The notes under the pieces were generated by a model. That model was not told where the DNA came from. It ran no database searches and was given only the letters and a program-made list of their open reading frames with translations. The translations under genes and the position numbers were made by a program. A stretch of DNA of 63,923 nt, the filler included, from Octopus bimaculoides (taxonomy: Eukaryota), in NCBI RefSeq assembly GCF_001194135.2. It is 5 parts of 5 records of this genome, joined end to end, with 100 filler letters (N's around TTAATTAATTAA, not from the genome) between each part and the next. Parts side by side here need not be neighbours in the genome. Positions count along the whole stretch, not along the records: positions 1 to 10,653 come from NC_069000.1; 4 more parts are not named here. One strand, 5' to 3'. Positions 1 through 10,753 of the stretch are shown piece by piece; positions within the stretch are counted from its first letter, which is position 1, and each line of letters starts with the position of its first letter.

Positions 1-1048
1 AATATTTTATGTGAGCGCAAATGTTTACTCAGAAAAAAAGAACATCTCCACAACTTTCTCGCCCACACTAAACACTGCAAACTTCAATCCTGTCCCACCC
101 GACGCCACCACATCTACCCCTTCCTTCACCCCTTCTAACCCTCTCCATCTCCAAGGCTGACATCACCCACCTACCACCCCTCCTCCTCTCTCTTTTACCC
201 TATCACCGCCTCCCCAACCCTTTCCCACCTATTCACCTCCTCCCACTCCTCTCTCCTTCACTCTTGTTACTATTCCTCCTGATCTTCTATTCTCTGAAAC
301 CGAGCGTTCTCTTCTTTGTAGTGATCCCCGTTTCATACCACTCACTCCATCCAGCAACGAGTTTCGGACCCGGTCCAACCCTTTGTGCGCTGTGTCACGC
401 TGCATATTCTCTTCCACAACATTCTGCTTGTATCCAGTGAAGAAAACTGTTTCATTGACCTTTGCTGCCAACCATACCACTGGACGCCGGCTACCGGTCA
501 CACTTCACAAGCTTTTGACAACACGCCTAGTTCAAGATCATCTCTGCAGTTTCGGCCGGTTACACTCGAGACTACTCCAATCTGGCCGGCCCCAAGAAAA
601 TCTAAACTAAGAGCACTAGATTCTTTGGAAGAAAGCAAGTTAATGTATACGAAAACAAGGACGAAAAAACGGAGAAATGTTACACAATTACAAATACAAA
701 CAAGACAGTAACAACAGGTGTCTTTCGACTAAGGACGACTTAAATTAAGCTGGCGTGTGTATAGTGAAGTCTTACGGCAGTAACATAAGAGATGAAAGTC
801 ATGGGAAGGAATATGAGATGCTACACGGATTGAAGTCGAACCAAGAAAGACAGGCTTGGCGGAACACCAGTCACATGGAAGAGGAGAGAGGTAGGGGGCA
901 AAGGGATTGAAAAATTAGGGAGGGATGAGAAAGAGAGAAAAAATGGAAAGGGACATAGAAAAAGGTACAAGGGAGGTAAAAGAGGAAGGAAAGTTTGTCC
1001 GGATGTTTTGTTGTCGCCTGTTACGTTCTTGTTTCATTTCTTTGTTTT
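1..1048 (+). mobile_element. Penelope-like retroelement remnant (N-terminal ORF region, frameshifted)
   Basis: 263-367 translates LVTIPPDLLFSETERSLLCSDPRFIPLTPSSNEFR, resembling the LSxxExSxLSKGLxFxP motif upstream of Penelope RT. YHWTP follows in another frame at about 475-489. The extent beyond about 550 is uncertain. Confidence 0.55.
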
Positions 1049-1317
1049 GTTTTTTCATATATACATATNNNNNNNNNNNNNNNNNNNNNNNNNNNNNNNN
1101 NNNNNNNNNNNNNNNNNNNNNNNNNNNNNNNNNNNNNNNNNNNNNNNNNNNNNNNNNNNNNNNNNNNNNNNNNNNNNNNNNNNNNNNNNNNNNNNNNNNN
1201 NNNNNNNNNNNNNNNNNNNNNNNNNNNNNNNNNNNNNNNNNNNNNNNNNNNNNNNNNNNNNNNNNNNNNNNNNNNNNNNNNNNNNNNNNNNNNNNNNNNN
1301 NNNNNNNNNNNNNNNNN

Positions 1318-1497
1318 GCTGGAGCACCGCCTTCAGGCGAACAAATCGACCCCAGGACTTATTCTTTGTAAGCCTAGTACTTATTCTATAGGTATCTTTT
1401 GCCGAACCACTAAGTTATGGAGACGTAAACACACCAACATCGTTTGTCAAGCGATGGTGAGAGGACAAACACAGACACACACACACACACACACACT

Positions 1498-1552
<55 letters not shown>

Positions 1553-1710
1553 GACGGGCTTCTTTCAGTTTCCGCCTACCAAATCCACTCACAAGGCTTT
1601 GGTCGGCTCGAGGCTATAGTAGAAGACATATGCCCATGGTACCACGCAGTGGGGACTGAACTCAGAATCATGTGGTTGGGAAGCAATCTTCTTACCATAC
1701 AGCTACGCCT
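1318..1710 (-). mobile_element. tRNA-derived SINE, group 1 (internal AC/AT microsatellite), cut by gap
   Basis: Near-identical to 55731-56047 and 12827-12982 (gacgggcttctttcagtttccg-ctaccaaatccactcacaaggctttggtcggc). tRNA-like head on the minus strand at about 1630-1710. Confidence 0.85.
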
Positions 1711-2483
1711 GTGTGTGTGTGTGTTTATCGCGACTTCAATGTGAGTGTTCTGTAAGAGACGACGATGCTAATGTTCTAACCCCCAGAAAACTTTCCGTAC
1801 TCGATGTTTATTGCAAGCGGGAGATGACTCCTGCCACCTTAGCACCGAGACCACCAGACCATGTGATCTCGATATTGGGTCTCTTCGGTTGTGGGAACTC
1901 GTTACTAGTCATAACTATCGTTTAACTTTGCTTGCAATATACAGAAAATACAGTGTCGTAGAATCACTTGATTTTGTAACTAGAAAATTAGTCCATTACG
2001 AGACCTCCGTTCGAGATAGAAGTATATGAACCAAAAGGAAGTTCTCTAGACATGTATGCCACGAAACATGCATGCAACCAGCTACAGGTAAATCACGAAA
2101 TATATTATAATCGAACCAAGCGAAACCGAGTTTAATGAGCGAGGTGCCTTTTGAAAAGTCACTTGACGAGACAAGTCTGCACCAAAGGATGCACCACAAC
2201 CTGTTCTACAGTGTCTCACCCGCGCGGGACCGATGCAAGATGGGTCGAAACGATAGCTGAGGTTAATAAGAAATTTCGTGAATTTTATTTACTTTTTCCT
2301 TCATTTGTTATATACTCAACGGACACTGAGAAATTCTTGAGGTAGTTCCTGTGGCATTTATACCCATAGTGTTGATGACATCAGGTAGCCGTAGACAGTG
2401 AAAGCGCTTTAATCGGCATACTACCAGGTGTATACCCAAGTTTTAAATAATTGCTTTGTGTGTGTGTGTGTGTGTGTGTGTGT

Positions 2484-2676
2484 GGAGGCGCAATGGCCCA
2501 GTGGTTAGGGCAGCGGACTCGCGGTCGTGAGATCAGGGTTTCGATTCCCAAAACCGGGTGTTGTGAATGTTCATTGAGCGAAAACACCTAAAGCTCCTCG
2601 AGGCTCCAGCAGGGGGTGGTGGCAAACCCTGCTGTACTCTTTCACCACAACTTTCTCTCACTCTTACTTCCTTATA
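2484..2676 (+). mobile_element. tRNA-derived SINE, group 2, 5' part (cut by gap)
   Basis: Pol III A box TGGCCCAGTGG and B box GTTTCGATTCC; homologous to the complete copy at 32577-32942; follows a (TG)n tract. Confidence 0.85.
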
Positions 2677-3079
2677 NNNNNNNNNNNNNNNNNNNNNNNN
2701 NNNNNNNNNNNNNNNNNNNNNNNNNNNNNNNNNNNNNNNNNNNNNNNNNNNNNNNNNNNNNNNNNNNNNNNNNNNNNNNNNNNNNNNNNNNNNNNNNNNN
2801 NNNNNNNNNNNNNNNNNNNNNNNNNNNNNNNNNNNNNNNNNNNNNNNNNNNNNNNNNNNNNNNNNNNNNNNNNNNNNNNNNNNNNNNNNNNNNNNNNNNN
2901 NNNNNNNNNNNNNNNNNNNNTTATAAGATTTTATCAAGTAGCCTGCATGTACTGAACCATATAGGTAATAATTAATAGGAGTATATATAATTATAGAAAT
3001 ATAATTATAGTAATAAGGGCACTAATGAATAGCGCCGCCACATACTAGAAATAAACACAAAATGGCTCTAAGAACTACA

Positions 3080-3139
<60 letters not shown>

Positions 3140-3624
3140 ATTTCATATATATGTTTTCATCTCAAGAAAGCATCTGGTAAAGATGTATAATGCTAAAAAG
3201 CACAGAAGTATATCAGTAGCAGACGAAAAGCGTCGAACACTGGCTGTGGAATCGCTAAATCTAGGTTTCTGCTTCTTTGAGCGTCTCCAGTTGCAAGTAT
3301 CCACTAGCATATCTATGCGTGAATGCATGTATGTATGTATGTATGTATGTATGTATGTATGTATACGCATGTGTATGTGTTATATTCTTTGTTCACGTGG
3401 GGGTGTGCACGTTCTTTCAGCAATCGCAATGGAACGAAAGACAAAATAGTTGAGAAACACTGGATTAGATTATATCGGCTATAAAACACTACGGTAGGTT
3501 ATCAGAATCGGTTGAATGTCGGACTAAATACTTTGTTGTCAAAGACTGTATCGCGAGTTTGCATTAGCCTTGTGTTGTTCGCGAGTTGGCTGCATGTTTG
3601 TTGGATTTGTTTATATATCCCATC

Positions 3625-3780
3625 ACCTAAGCTTTGTTGAGTGGCAGTAATTAGAGGCTGAAATATTTTCAGGGCCTGAAGTGAAGGACCAGTCGCTGGG
3701 ATGCACTCCTAGCTATATTAAGGATGTACTTTCGCCAAGAAAGGTCCGCAGTAATTGTGAGGTCCAATATTTAGAGCACT
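3625..3780 (-). mobile_element. Degenerate CR1/Jockey-like LINE RT C-terminal fragment
   Basis: Minus strand reads LTITADLSWRKYILNIARSASQRLVLHFRP*KYFSL*LLPLNKA*, matching the typical LSWxxHIxxIxxxASxxLGxLxR.....LLxLYKA segment after the RT core. Confidence 0.5.
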
Positions 3781-3904
3781 TGGGAAGCTCATGTTGCATG
3801 CTGCTCATGATTAAAGTGTGAGTAGGGCGATCATTCTTTCTTGATACAAGTAGCGTTCTGTATCAAGAAAATTAGACAACGATGTCACACGACTCTACCG
3901 CAAC

Positions 3905-4372
3905 GTATCATCAGATGAAAGGATAAGCCTATATGAGCAGAAGACTATGCATGGATATGTTAGTATAAAGCTCTGAGTTGATAGCAACATTGATCATCAA
4001 AGTAGTTTATCATGGACCAATACTACCTCCCACTTTGCAATCCAGGAAAAGAAAATATCAACCAAATACCTGATGCACGAAAGGGATAGAGATGCAGAAA
4101 AAGCAGTAAAATGTGACAACCGATGCAGACTTTGTGGAGTTAACACCAAAGATATCATCCTCATCATAAGCAGTTGTCCGAAAATGTCATCATGGTGTTA
4201 TATACCGATGAGACATGATATAGTAGCTAGAACATTCTATAATGAAATCCATCGGAAGGATAATCCCGGGAACAAAAAATAAGAACCCACAGTATGGTAG
4301 AAGCCATAGCCACTCATAATAAAAAGGGGTACTGGTGGAATGTCCCATGGAGGACCTCAATGAAATGTAAAA
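3905..4372 (+). mobile_element. R4/Dong-type (RLE) LINE internal fragment with CCHC zinc knuckle
   Basis: KCDNRCRLCGVNTKDIILIISSCPKMSSWCYIPMRHDIVAR (degenerate CxxC...H...C plus RHD), then YWWNVPWRTSMKCK, ending just before the expected RPD motif. Confidence 0.75.
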
Positions 4373-4881
4373 GATCCCAGTCAAAACGGAGAAATTCCAA
4401 CTTATGTGGGCCATCTGATCCGAAACTCCGTTTTCCAGAGACTCCTCCCACTCCCTGCCCCCTTCCAAAAATTTTGCCTACAAAATGTTGGTAATCTACA
4501 CCGTTTGAAAGATATTTGCATAAAATTTCATTAAAAAATACTCGTTTTCCAGAAAGTTATGAGGGAGGAAATGTCGGGTCCTGTGAATTTTCCGAAATTC
4601 CTCTCCCCAATCTCTCGGAATTTTTTTTTTTGTTCTATCAGATCTTTACATACACTCAATCTACAGGTGGAAGTTACGTTAAAAAGTATCCCTTTTTCTG
4701 GAAGTTACGAGGCAACAAAGTCACGTTATGCCTTTTTTCAATAAAAGTTTGTTAATGAATTAACGTTAACTTCCGTTAAATTTTTAAAGAATTAACGTAA
4801 TAACGATTAACGAAGTTAACTCTTTGGTTAACGGATAATGATTAACGAAGTTAACTTTTCGATTAACAGTGCCCACCTCTG
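4373..4881. mobile_element. Unclassified putative DNA-transposon end with TTAAC-rich subterminal repeats
   Basis: Repeated GATTAACGAAGTTAACT units (about 4803-4820 and 4840-4857) ending in GTGCCCACCTCTG; no matching left TIR found. Confidence 0.3.
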
Positions 4882-4884
4882 CAA

Positions 4885-5230
4885 ACAACTATCACTCCTA
4901 CTATCTCGTACCACTAATCCAACCACCACCAATATCAACGCCACTACTGCTACCAACTTTATCACCGTCATCATCAACACCGCCACCACAACATGAATAA
5001 CAACAGCAAAAAAAAAATAATAATAATAACGACACTCAACGCCACCAGCAGCACCTACTCATACCGCCACCATCGTCACTACTATCTCTATCAATCACTA
5101 CTCCCAACAGTGATGATATAAACCACAACCATCATAATCATTATCATCACCACCGCCATAAGCTACTACCAGTATTGCCACTTCCACCACTACTAACACC
5201 GCCGCCACCATCACCGTCACTATCATCAAC
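4885..5230. repeat. Degenerate ACC/ACT/ATC trinucleotide low-complexity tract
   Basis: A/C-rich run of caccac, ctacta and catcat units. Confidence 0.7.
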
Positions 5231-5515
5231 ATAGTATGTGAAGTATGTTGTGTCAGTGTCTAACACAGATTACTAAGAAGATTGATTGTGCCAGTCTATT
5301 TCTAGTCATTTCTCGTCATTTCAAGGTTACGTCAATCAATGTGTTTGTTAATTAACGAATCATTAGTAATACCATCGTAAGACTGCTGCTAATGAATGGA
5401 ATTTTATGTAGGGAACAAAGTGTACAAGCCACTTGTGTCTCTCAATCTTATATTTATTGTTACGCTTTCTCTCTCACTCCTTCTCTTTCTCTATCTATTT
5501 ATCTATCTATCTATC

Positions 5516-5546
<31 letters not shown>

Positions 5547-5680
5547 CTATCTATCTCATTTCTTTTCCCAATAAACTAAGTAACCTTTTCTAGTCAGGGA
5601 AAGATATTTGAATGAATGTATATCTAATGCATTACAGACTGATGTTTGTTTTATGGAGCCCAGAGAGACGATGATGATAA

Positions 5681-5882
5681 TTCTAGGTACAAAGCCTGAC
5701 ATATGTGGGAAGAGGACTAGCCGATTAGATCGACCCCAGAGTTCAACTGGTGCTTACTTTATCGACCTCGAGAGGGCGAAAGGCAAAGTCGACCTCGGTG
5801 GAATAAGTCAGAGGGTAAAGAGCTAGAAGTGCCGCGAAGTATTTTGTTCGGCATGCTAACGACTCTGCCAGCTCACCACCTT
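5681..5882 (-). mobile_element. tRNA-derived SINE, group 3 (ATT-tailed), diverged copy
   Basis: Homologous to 5894-6093, 8025-8241 and 32125-32316 (aaggcaaagtcgacctcgg...gctaacgactctgccagctc). Confidence 0.8.
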
Positions 5883-5893
5883 AAAAAAATGAT

Positions 5894-6093
5894 AATCCTT
5901 TCTACTATAGGCACAAGGCCTGAAATTTGGGGGAAGAGTATAGTCGATTACCAAGTGATACTTGATTTATCGACTCCCGAAAGGCTGAAAGGCAAATCAA
6001 CCTCGGCGGATTTGAACTCAGAACGCAGCGACAGACGAAATACCATTAAGCATTTCGCCCGGCGTTCTAACGATTCTGCCAGCTCACCGCCTT
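5894..6093 (-). mobile_element. tRNA-derived SINE, group 3, full length
   Basis: Minus strand has A-box-like TGGCAGAATCG, B-box-like GAGTTCAAATCC and tail gccttgtgcctatagtagaaaggatt; flanked by TAA repeats. Confidence 0.85.
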
Positions 6094-6228
6094 AATAATA
6101 ATAATAATGATGATGATGATGATGAACTTGTATCTTGAGGTCTCTGGGTGAGACTTGGAGCCAACTTGTACAAATGTAAAGCTAGTCAAACATAAAATGA
6201 TGACGGTGATGATGGTGATGATGATGAT

Positions 6229-7548
6229 GACCTTTATCAAAGGAAAAATGACAGAAACATTCAATGTTAATCTTGAACAGCAGAATGTCATAAAGGAATT
6301 AGAACCAGCGGAGAGCTACAAATACCTTGGGGTATTTAAAGGGGACGGAATCAAACATTTAGTGATGAAGGAAAGGATCAAAAGAGAATGTTATTGCAGA
6401 GTAAGGGCAATACTCAAGACAAAGATGAAACAGGATCGAAGCGATCAATACTTTAGCCATACCTGTCGTGGCTTACAGTTTCAATATCATTAACTGGTCA
6501 ATTACTGAAATATATAATCTTGACAGAAAGATACGAAAATTGTTGATTATGTATAGAATACACCACCTTAAGGCAGATATAGAACAACTTTACCTGCCAA
6601 GAAAAGAGGGTGGCCATGGACTTTTACAACTGGAATTAACAATGAAGATTGCCACAATTGGCCTAAACACCTACCTAAAAAACTGATGAGTGGATGTTAA
6701 AATTTGTCTCAAAATAATAATGCATCATACTCAGTAACAAAACAGGCAAAGAAATATCTAAGTGAATTCCAAATACAACAAATTCCAGAATTAGACGTAC
6801 TGGAAACAAGCACAGAAAAAGCTAAGCGTATGAATACCCGTGCTAAAACTGCTGCTTTAGATATTCTTACTGATAAGTGGCAAGAAAAACTTCTCAATGC
6901 AAATACCCAAAGAGAGCTAAAAGTGCCCTTACCCTTCAATGGCTAGTGTCTTCTGGCTTAAAATCGGAAACAGATGGGTTTATCATAGCAGCCCAAGATC
7001 AATGTCTATCTACAAGAAACTACCAGGCCAACATATTAAAGAACGGCAATAGCCCAACATGTAGTGTATGTCAAGAACAAAATGAAACCATTGATCATGT
7101 TGTCTCCATAAGCAGTCGTCTTGCGCCTGCAGAGTATCTCAACTGGCATGATAGAGCAGCACAAAATATTCACTGGGTAATTTGCAAAAACCTGGACCTG
7201 CTCTATGATAAAAACTGGTGGGTGCACAAACCACCTCTAGTGCTTGAAAATGATTACATCTCACTTCTCTGGAACTTCACCATTCAAACTGACAGAAAGA
7301 TAGATGCGAATAGGCCAGACATTATATTGAAAGACTTCAGACAAAAATCATCCTCCTCATTGATATGACTGTCCCTGAGAAAGCATAAAGATCTTGAAAT
7401 ACAAATTGGCAAAATGTGGAACCTCAAGACTAAAACAATACCTGTTGTCATAGGTGCCCTAGGAATGATAGCAGAAGGGACTGATTGCTACCTAGCTCAG
7501 ATATCAGGAAACCCCAAAATGGTAGAAATTCAAAAGATAGTGCTCATG
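6229..7548 (+). mobile_element. 5'-truncated R4/Dong-type LINE (RT thumb, zinc knuckle, RLE), frameshifted
   Basis: ESYKYLG; NWSITEIYNLDRKIRK...LYLPRKEGGHGL; GLKSETDGFIIAAQDQCLSTRNY; CSVCQEQNETIDHVVS; LLWNFTIQTDRKIDANRPDIILKD; IPVVIGALG. Confidence 0.92.
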
Positions 7549-8024
7549 TTGTGGGACTTTAACACTGACAGAGTAATAGAAGGTAGAAGGCCTGATTTGG
7601 TAGTAGTAGAGAAAGAGAATAGAAAGTGCCAGATAATTGACTTTAAAGTCCCAAATGATGAAAACATTAATATGAGAAGTATCGAAAAAATAGCTAAGTA
7701 CCAGGACCTCGCTATTGAATTACAGAGGCTATGGAAAGTGCGGGTAAAATGTACCCCAGTAGTTACAGGTGCATTGGGAACTATCCCTAAAGCTCTGAAC
7801 AGAAATAGGAAATAGGCATAAAACCCTGTTTAGTACAGCTGCAGAAAACAGTGTTATTTGGGACAGCTAAGATACTTAGGAGGGTTCTTGGCATCTATGG
7901 TTACTTGCTGTAACCCAATAGGAGGGTTCTTGGAATTTAAGTCCACTTGTTGTAGTCCGACATTAGGATTCTTTTCTTTTCCAACAGTCAAATCTGTTGA
8001 TTGTATATGAATAGTAATAATAAT
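7549..8024 (+). mobile_element. Second R4/Dong-type LINE 3' end (RLE domain, 3' UTR, TAA tail)
   Basis: LWDFNTDRVIEGRRPDLVVVEKENRKCQIIDFKVPND...KYQDLAIELQRLWK...VVTGALG, then LQKTVLFGTAKILRRVLGI in a shifted frame; ends in taataataat. Confidence 0.9.
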
Positions 8025-8241
8025 AATCCTTTCTACTATAGGCACAAGGCCTGAAATTTGGCGGGAGGGGACTAGTTGTTTACATCAATCCTAGTGTTTC
8101 ACTGATAGTTAATTTATCGACCCCGAAAGGATGAAAGGCTAAGTCAACCTCGGCAGAATTTGAACTTCGAACGTAGCGACGGGCGAAATACCGCTAAGTA
8201 TTTCGTCCAGAGTGGTAACGATTCTGCCAGATCGCCGCCCT
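8025..8241 (-). mobile_element. tRNA-derived SINE, group 3, full length
   Basis: Same head, body and tail as 5894-6093; TAA repeats on both sides. Confidence 0.85.
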
Positions 8242-8246
8242 AACAA

Positions 8247-8277
<31 letters not shown>

Positions 8278-8284
8278 AATAATA

Positions 8285-8372
8285 ATCATTTCTACTATAG
8301 GCACAAGGCCTGAAATTTGTGGAGAGTCGACTAGTCGATTACATCGACTCCAGTGTTTCACTGGTTCTTAAT
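8285..8372 (-). mobile_element. SINE group 3, 3' portion only
   Basis: tttctactataggcacaaggcctgaaattt...gtcgattacatcgactccagtg matches the tail of 8025-8241. Confidence 0.8.
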
Positions 8373-8660
8373 GTGGGGCCTAAAAACAGAAACAATTCCT
8401 ATCATTGTAGGCGCATTAGGTATGATAAAAAAAGACATTCAGACAAATACATAACAAAAGCACCAGGACTTACAAGTATATATTACATACAGAAAATAGT
8501 ACTACTAGGTACTGCACACATTCTCCGTAAAACACTTTCAATACAGTGAAAATAAGAGCACCACACAAACCACAGCGCATACCTAAAGCACAGAGCTGCG
8601 CTCAGTAGTGCAGTGAAAGCACGTGATAAAAAGAAGACTACTGAATATTAATAATAATAA
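8370..8660 (+). mobile_element. Third R4/Dong-type LINE 3' end
   Basis: MWGLKTETIPIIVGALGMIK then (frameshift) HSDKYITKAPGLTSIYYIQKIVLLGTAHILRKTLSIQ*, 3' UTR and (TAA)n tail. Confidence 0.85.
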
Positions 8661-9661
8661 TGAGGAGGAGGAGGAGGAGGAGGAGGAGGATGTGGCTCTC
8701 GTGGCCTCAGCCCGAAAGTCCTCCGGAACAGACCAGCCAGTTGATCCTCATCGNNNNNNNNNNNNNNNNNNNNNNNNNNNNNNNNNNNNNNNNNNNNNNN
8801 NNNNNNNNNNNNNNNNNNNNNNNNNNNNNNNNNNNNNNNNNNNNNNNNNNNNNNNNNNNNNNNNNNNNNNNNNNNNNNNNNNNNNNNNNNNNNNNNNNNN
8901 NNNNNNNNNNNNNNNNNNNNNNNNNNNNNNNNNNNNNNNNNNNNNNNNNNNNNNNNNNNNNNNNNNNNNNNNNNNNNNNNNNNNNNNNNNNNNNNNNNNN
9001 NNNNNNNNNNNNNNNNNNNNNNNNNNNNNNNNNNNNNNNNNNNNNNNNNNNNNNNNNNNNNNNNNNNNNNNNNNNNNNNNNNNNNNNNNNNNNNNNNNNN
9101 NNNNNNNNNNNNNNNNNNNNNNNNNNNNNNNNNNNNNNNNNNNNNNNNNNNNNNNNNNNNNNNNNNNNNNNNNNNNNNNNNNNNNNNNNNNNNNNNNNNN
9201 NNNNNNNNNNNNNNNNNNNNNNNNNNNNNNNNNNNNNNNNNNNNNNNNNNNNNNNNNNNNNNNNNNNNNNNNNNNNNNNNNNNNNNNNNNNNNNNNNNNN
9301 NNNNNNNNNNNNNNNNNNNNNNNNNNNNNNNNNNNNNNNNNNNNNNNNNNNNNNNNNNNNNNNNNNNNNNNNNNNNNNNNNNNNNNNNNNNNNNNNNNNN
9401 NNNNNNNNNNNNNNNNNNNNNNNNNNNNNNNNNNNNNNNNNNNNNNNNNNNNNNNNNNNNNNNNNNNNNNNNNNNNNNNNNNNNNNNNNNNNNNNNNNNN
9501 NNNNNNNNNNNNNNNNNNNNNNNNNNNNNNNNNNNNNNNNNNNNNNNNNNNNNNNNNNNNNNNNNNNNNNNNNNNNNNNNNNNNNNNNNNNNNNNNNNNN
9601 NNNNNNNNNNNNNNNNNNNNNNNNNNNNNNNNNNNNNNNNNNNNNNNNNNNNNNNNNNNNN

Positions 9662-10513
9662 ACCTCGTTCTGGCCGTTCAGTTGAGTCCGATGAATAGCG
9701 ATTAAACCAACTTTTGCAAGAAAATTCTCGTCAAACGACAAGGGAACTGGAAGAGAAAATGGAATGCTCCCACACTGCTATAAAGAAGCATCTTCACTCG
9801 ATGGGGAAGGTTCAGTAGATGGAGAATAGGTTCCGCATGCTTTAAGTGACAACAACAAAACTCAACGAGCCATAATCTCCGCTGGTTTGCTTGCTCGCTA
9901 CCGCCAAGTCATGGACACAAGCAACGATTTCTTTACCGAATCGTTACTGGCGACGAAAAATGGTGCCTGTACATCAATATGAAGCAGTGTAAGGAATGGC
10001 TTACACCGGTAAACAAGCGACACCGCGCGTGAAACAAGATCTTCAACCGCGTAAACCAAAGTTGTGCGTATGGTGGGACTGGGAAGGGACTATCCATTAC
10101 GAATTGCTTGAACGAAACAAAACGGTCAACGCGGAACTTATGTTCAACAGATGGAATGACTCAACGCGTCTATTCAAGAGAAACGACCTAATCGGCAGCA
10201 TGGAGTTCTGCTGCACGACAATGCCGGACCTCATATCGTCAATATGACCAAGGAAGTCATTCAAACGCATGGTTGGGAAGTGCTGCCACACCCGCTGTTC
10301 TCTCCTGATTTGGCACCAACGGATTCCCACTTCTTTCGATCTCTTTGAAATACTATGCGCGGAATTTCGTTCAATACTGATGCAGAATTGAGAGCTTGGT
10401 TGGATCAATTTTTCGAGTCGAAATCGGGTAATTTCTACCAACGAGGTATTGAAAATCTTGTTGAACGTTGGGAAGAAGTTGTAAACCACAAGGGTGAATA
10501 CATTATTGATTAA
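9662..10513 (+). mobile_element. mariner (DD34D) transposase pseudogene
   Basis: WVPHALS, IVTGDEKW, LCVWWDWEG, LHDNAGPH, HPLFSPDLAPTD, GIENLVERWEEVVNHKGEYIID* across frameshifts. 5' part lies in the gap; no 3' TIR recognised. Confidence 0.93.
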
Positions 10514-10653
10514 TTGTTATTTTTTATTAAACCTTTTTTAAAAAAATTAAATAAATAAGCGGCCGCTTTGAACTCAGAACGTAAACAGTTATAACTTAAT
10601 ATAACTCGACATTTAGTGTGAGATAAGGTTGTGGTTGATGTGGTGTTTATTTG

Positions 10654-10753
10654 NNNNNNNNNNNNNNNNNNNNNNNNNNNNNNNNNNNNNNNNNNNNTTA
10701 ATTAATTAANNNNNNNNNNNNNNNNNNNNNNNNNNNNNNNNNNNNNNNNNNNN
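10654..10753. other. Artificial scaffold-join spacer N44-TTAATTAATTAA-N44
   Basis: Identical 100-bp construct recurs at 31864-31963, 50224-50323 and 62817-62916. Confidence 0.9.

Noticed and set aside
2195-2270. GACC...GGTCGAAAC, a possible hammerhead stem II
   Set aside because: No CTGANGA upstream and no stem III or cleavage triplet; at best an unrecognisable relic.
2484-2560. tRNA-like sequences (also 32577 and 36418)
   Set aside because: They continue into shared SINE bodies and lack a complete cloverleaf; SINE heads, not tRNA genes.
5681-8372. Regularly recurring repeats suggesting a CRISPR-like array
   Set aside because: Units are about 200-bp diverged SINE copies with irregular spacing; no cas genes, and the context is eukaryotic.
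10698-10709. TTAATTAATTAA as a recurring biological motif or piggyBac site
   Set aside because: Always centred in exactly 44+44 Ns; assembly linker.
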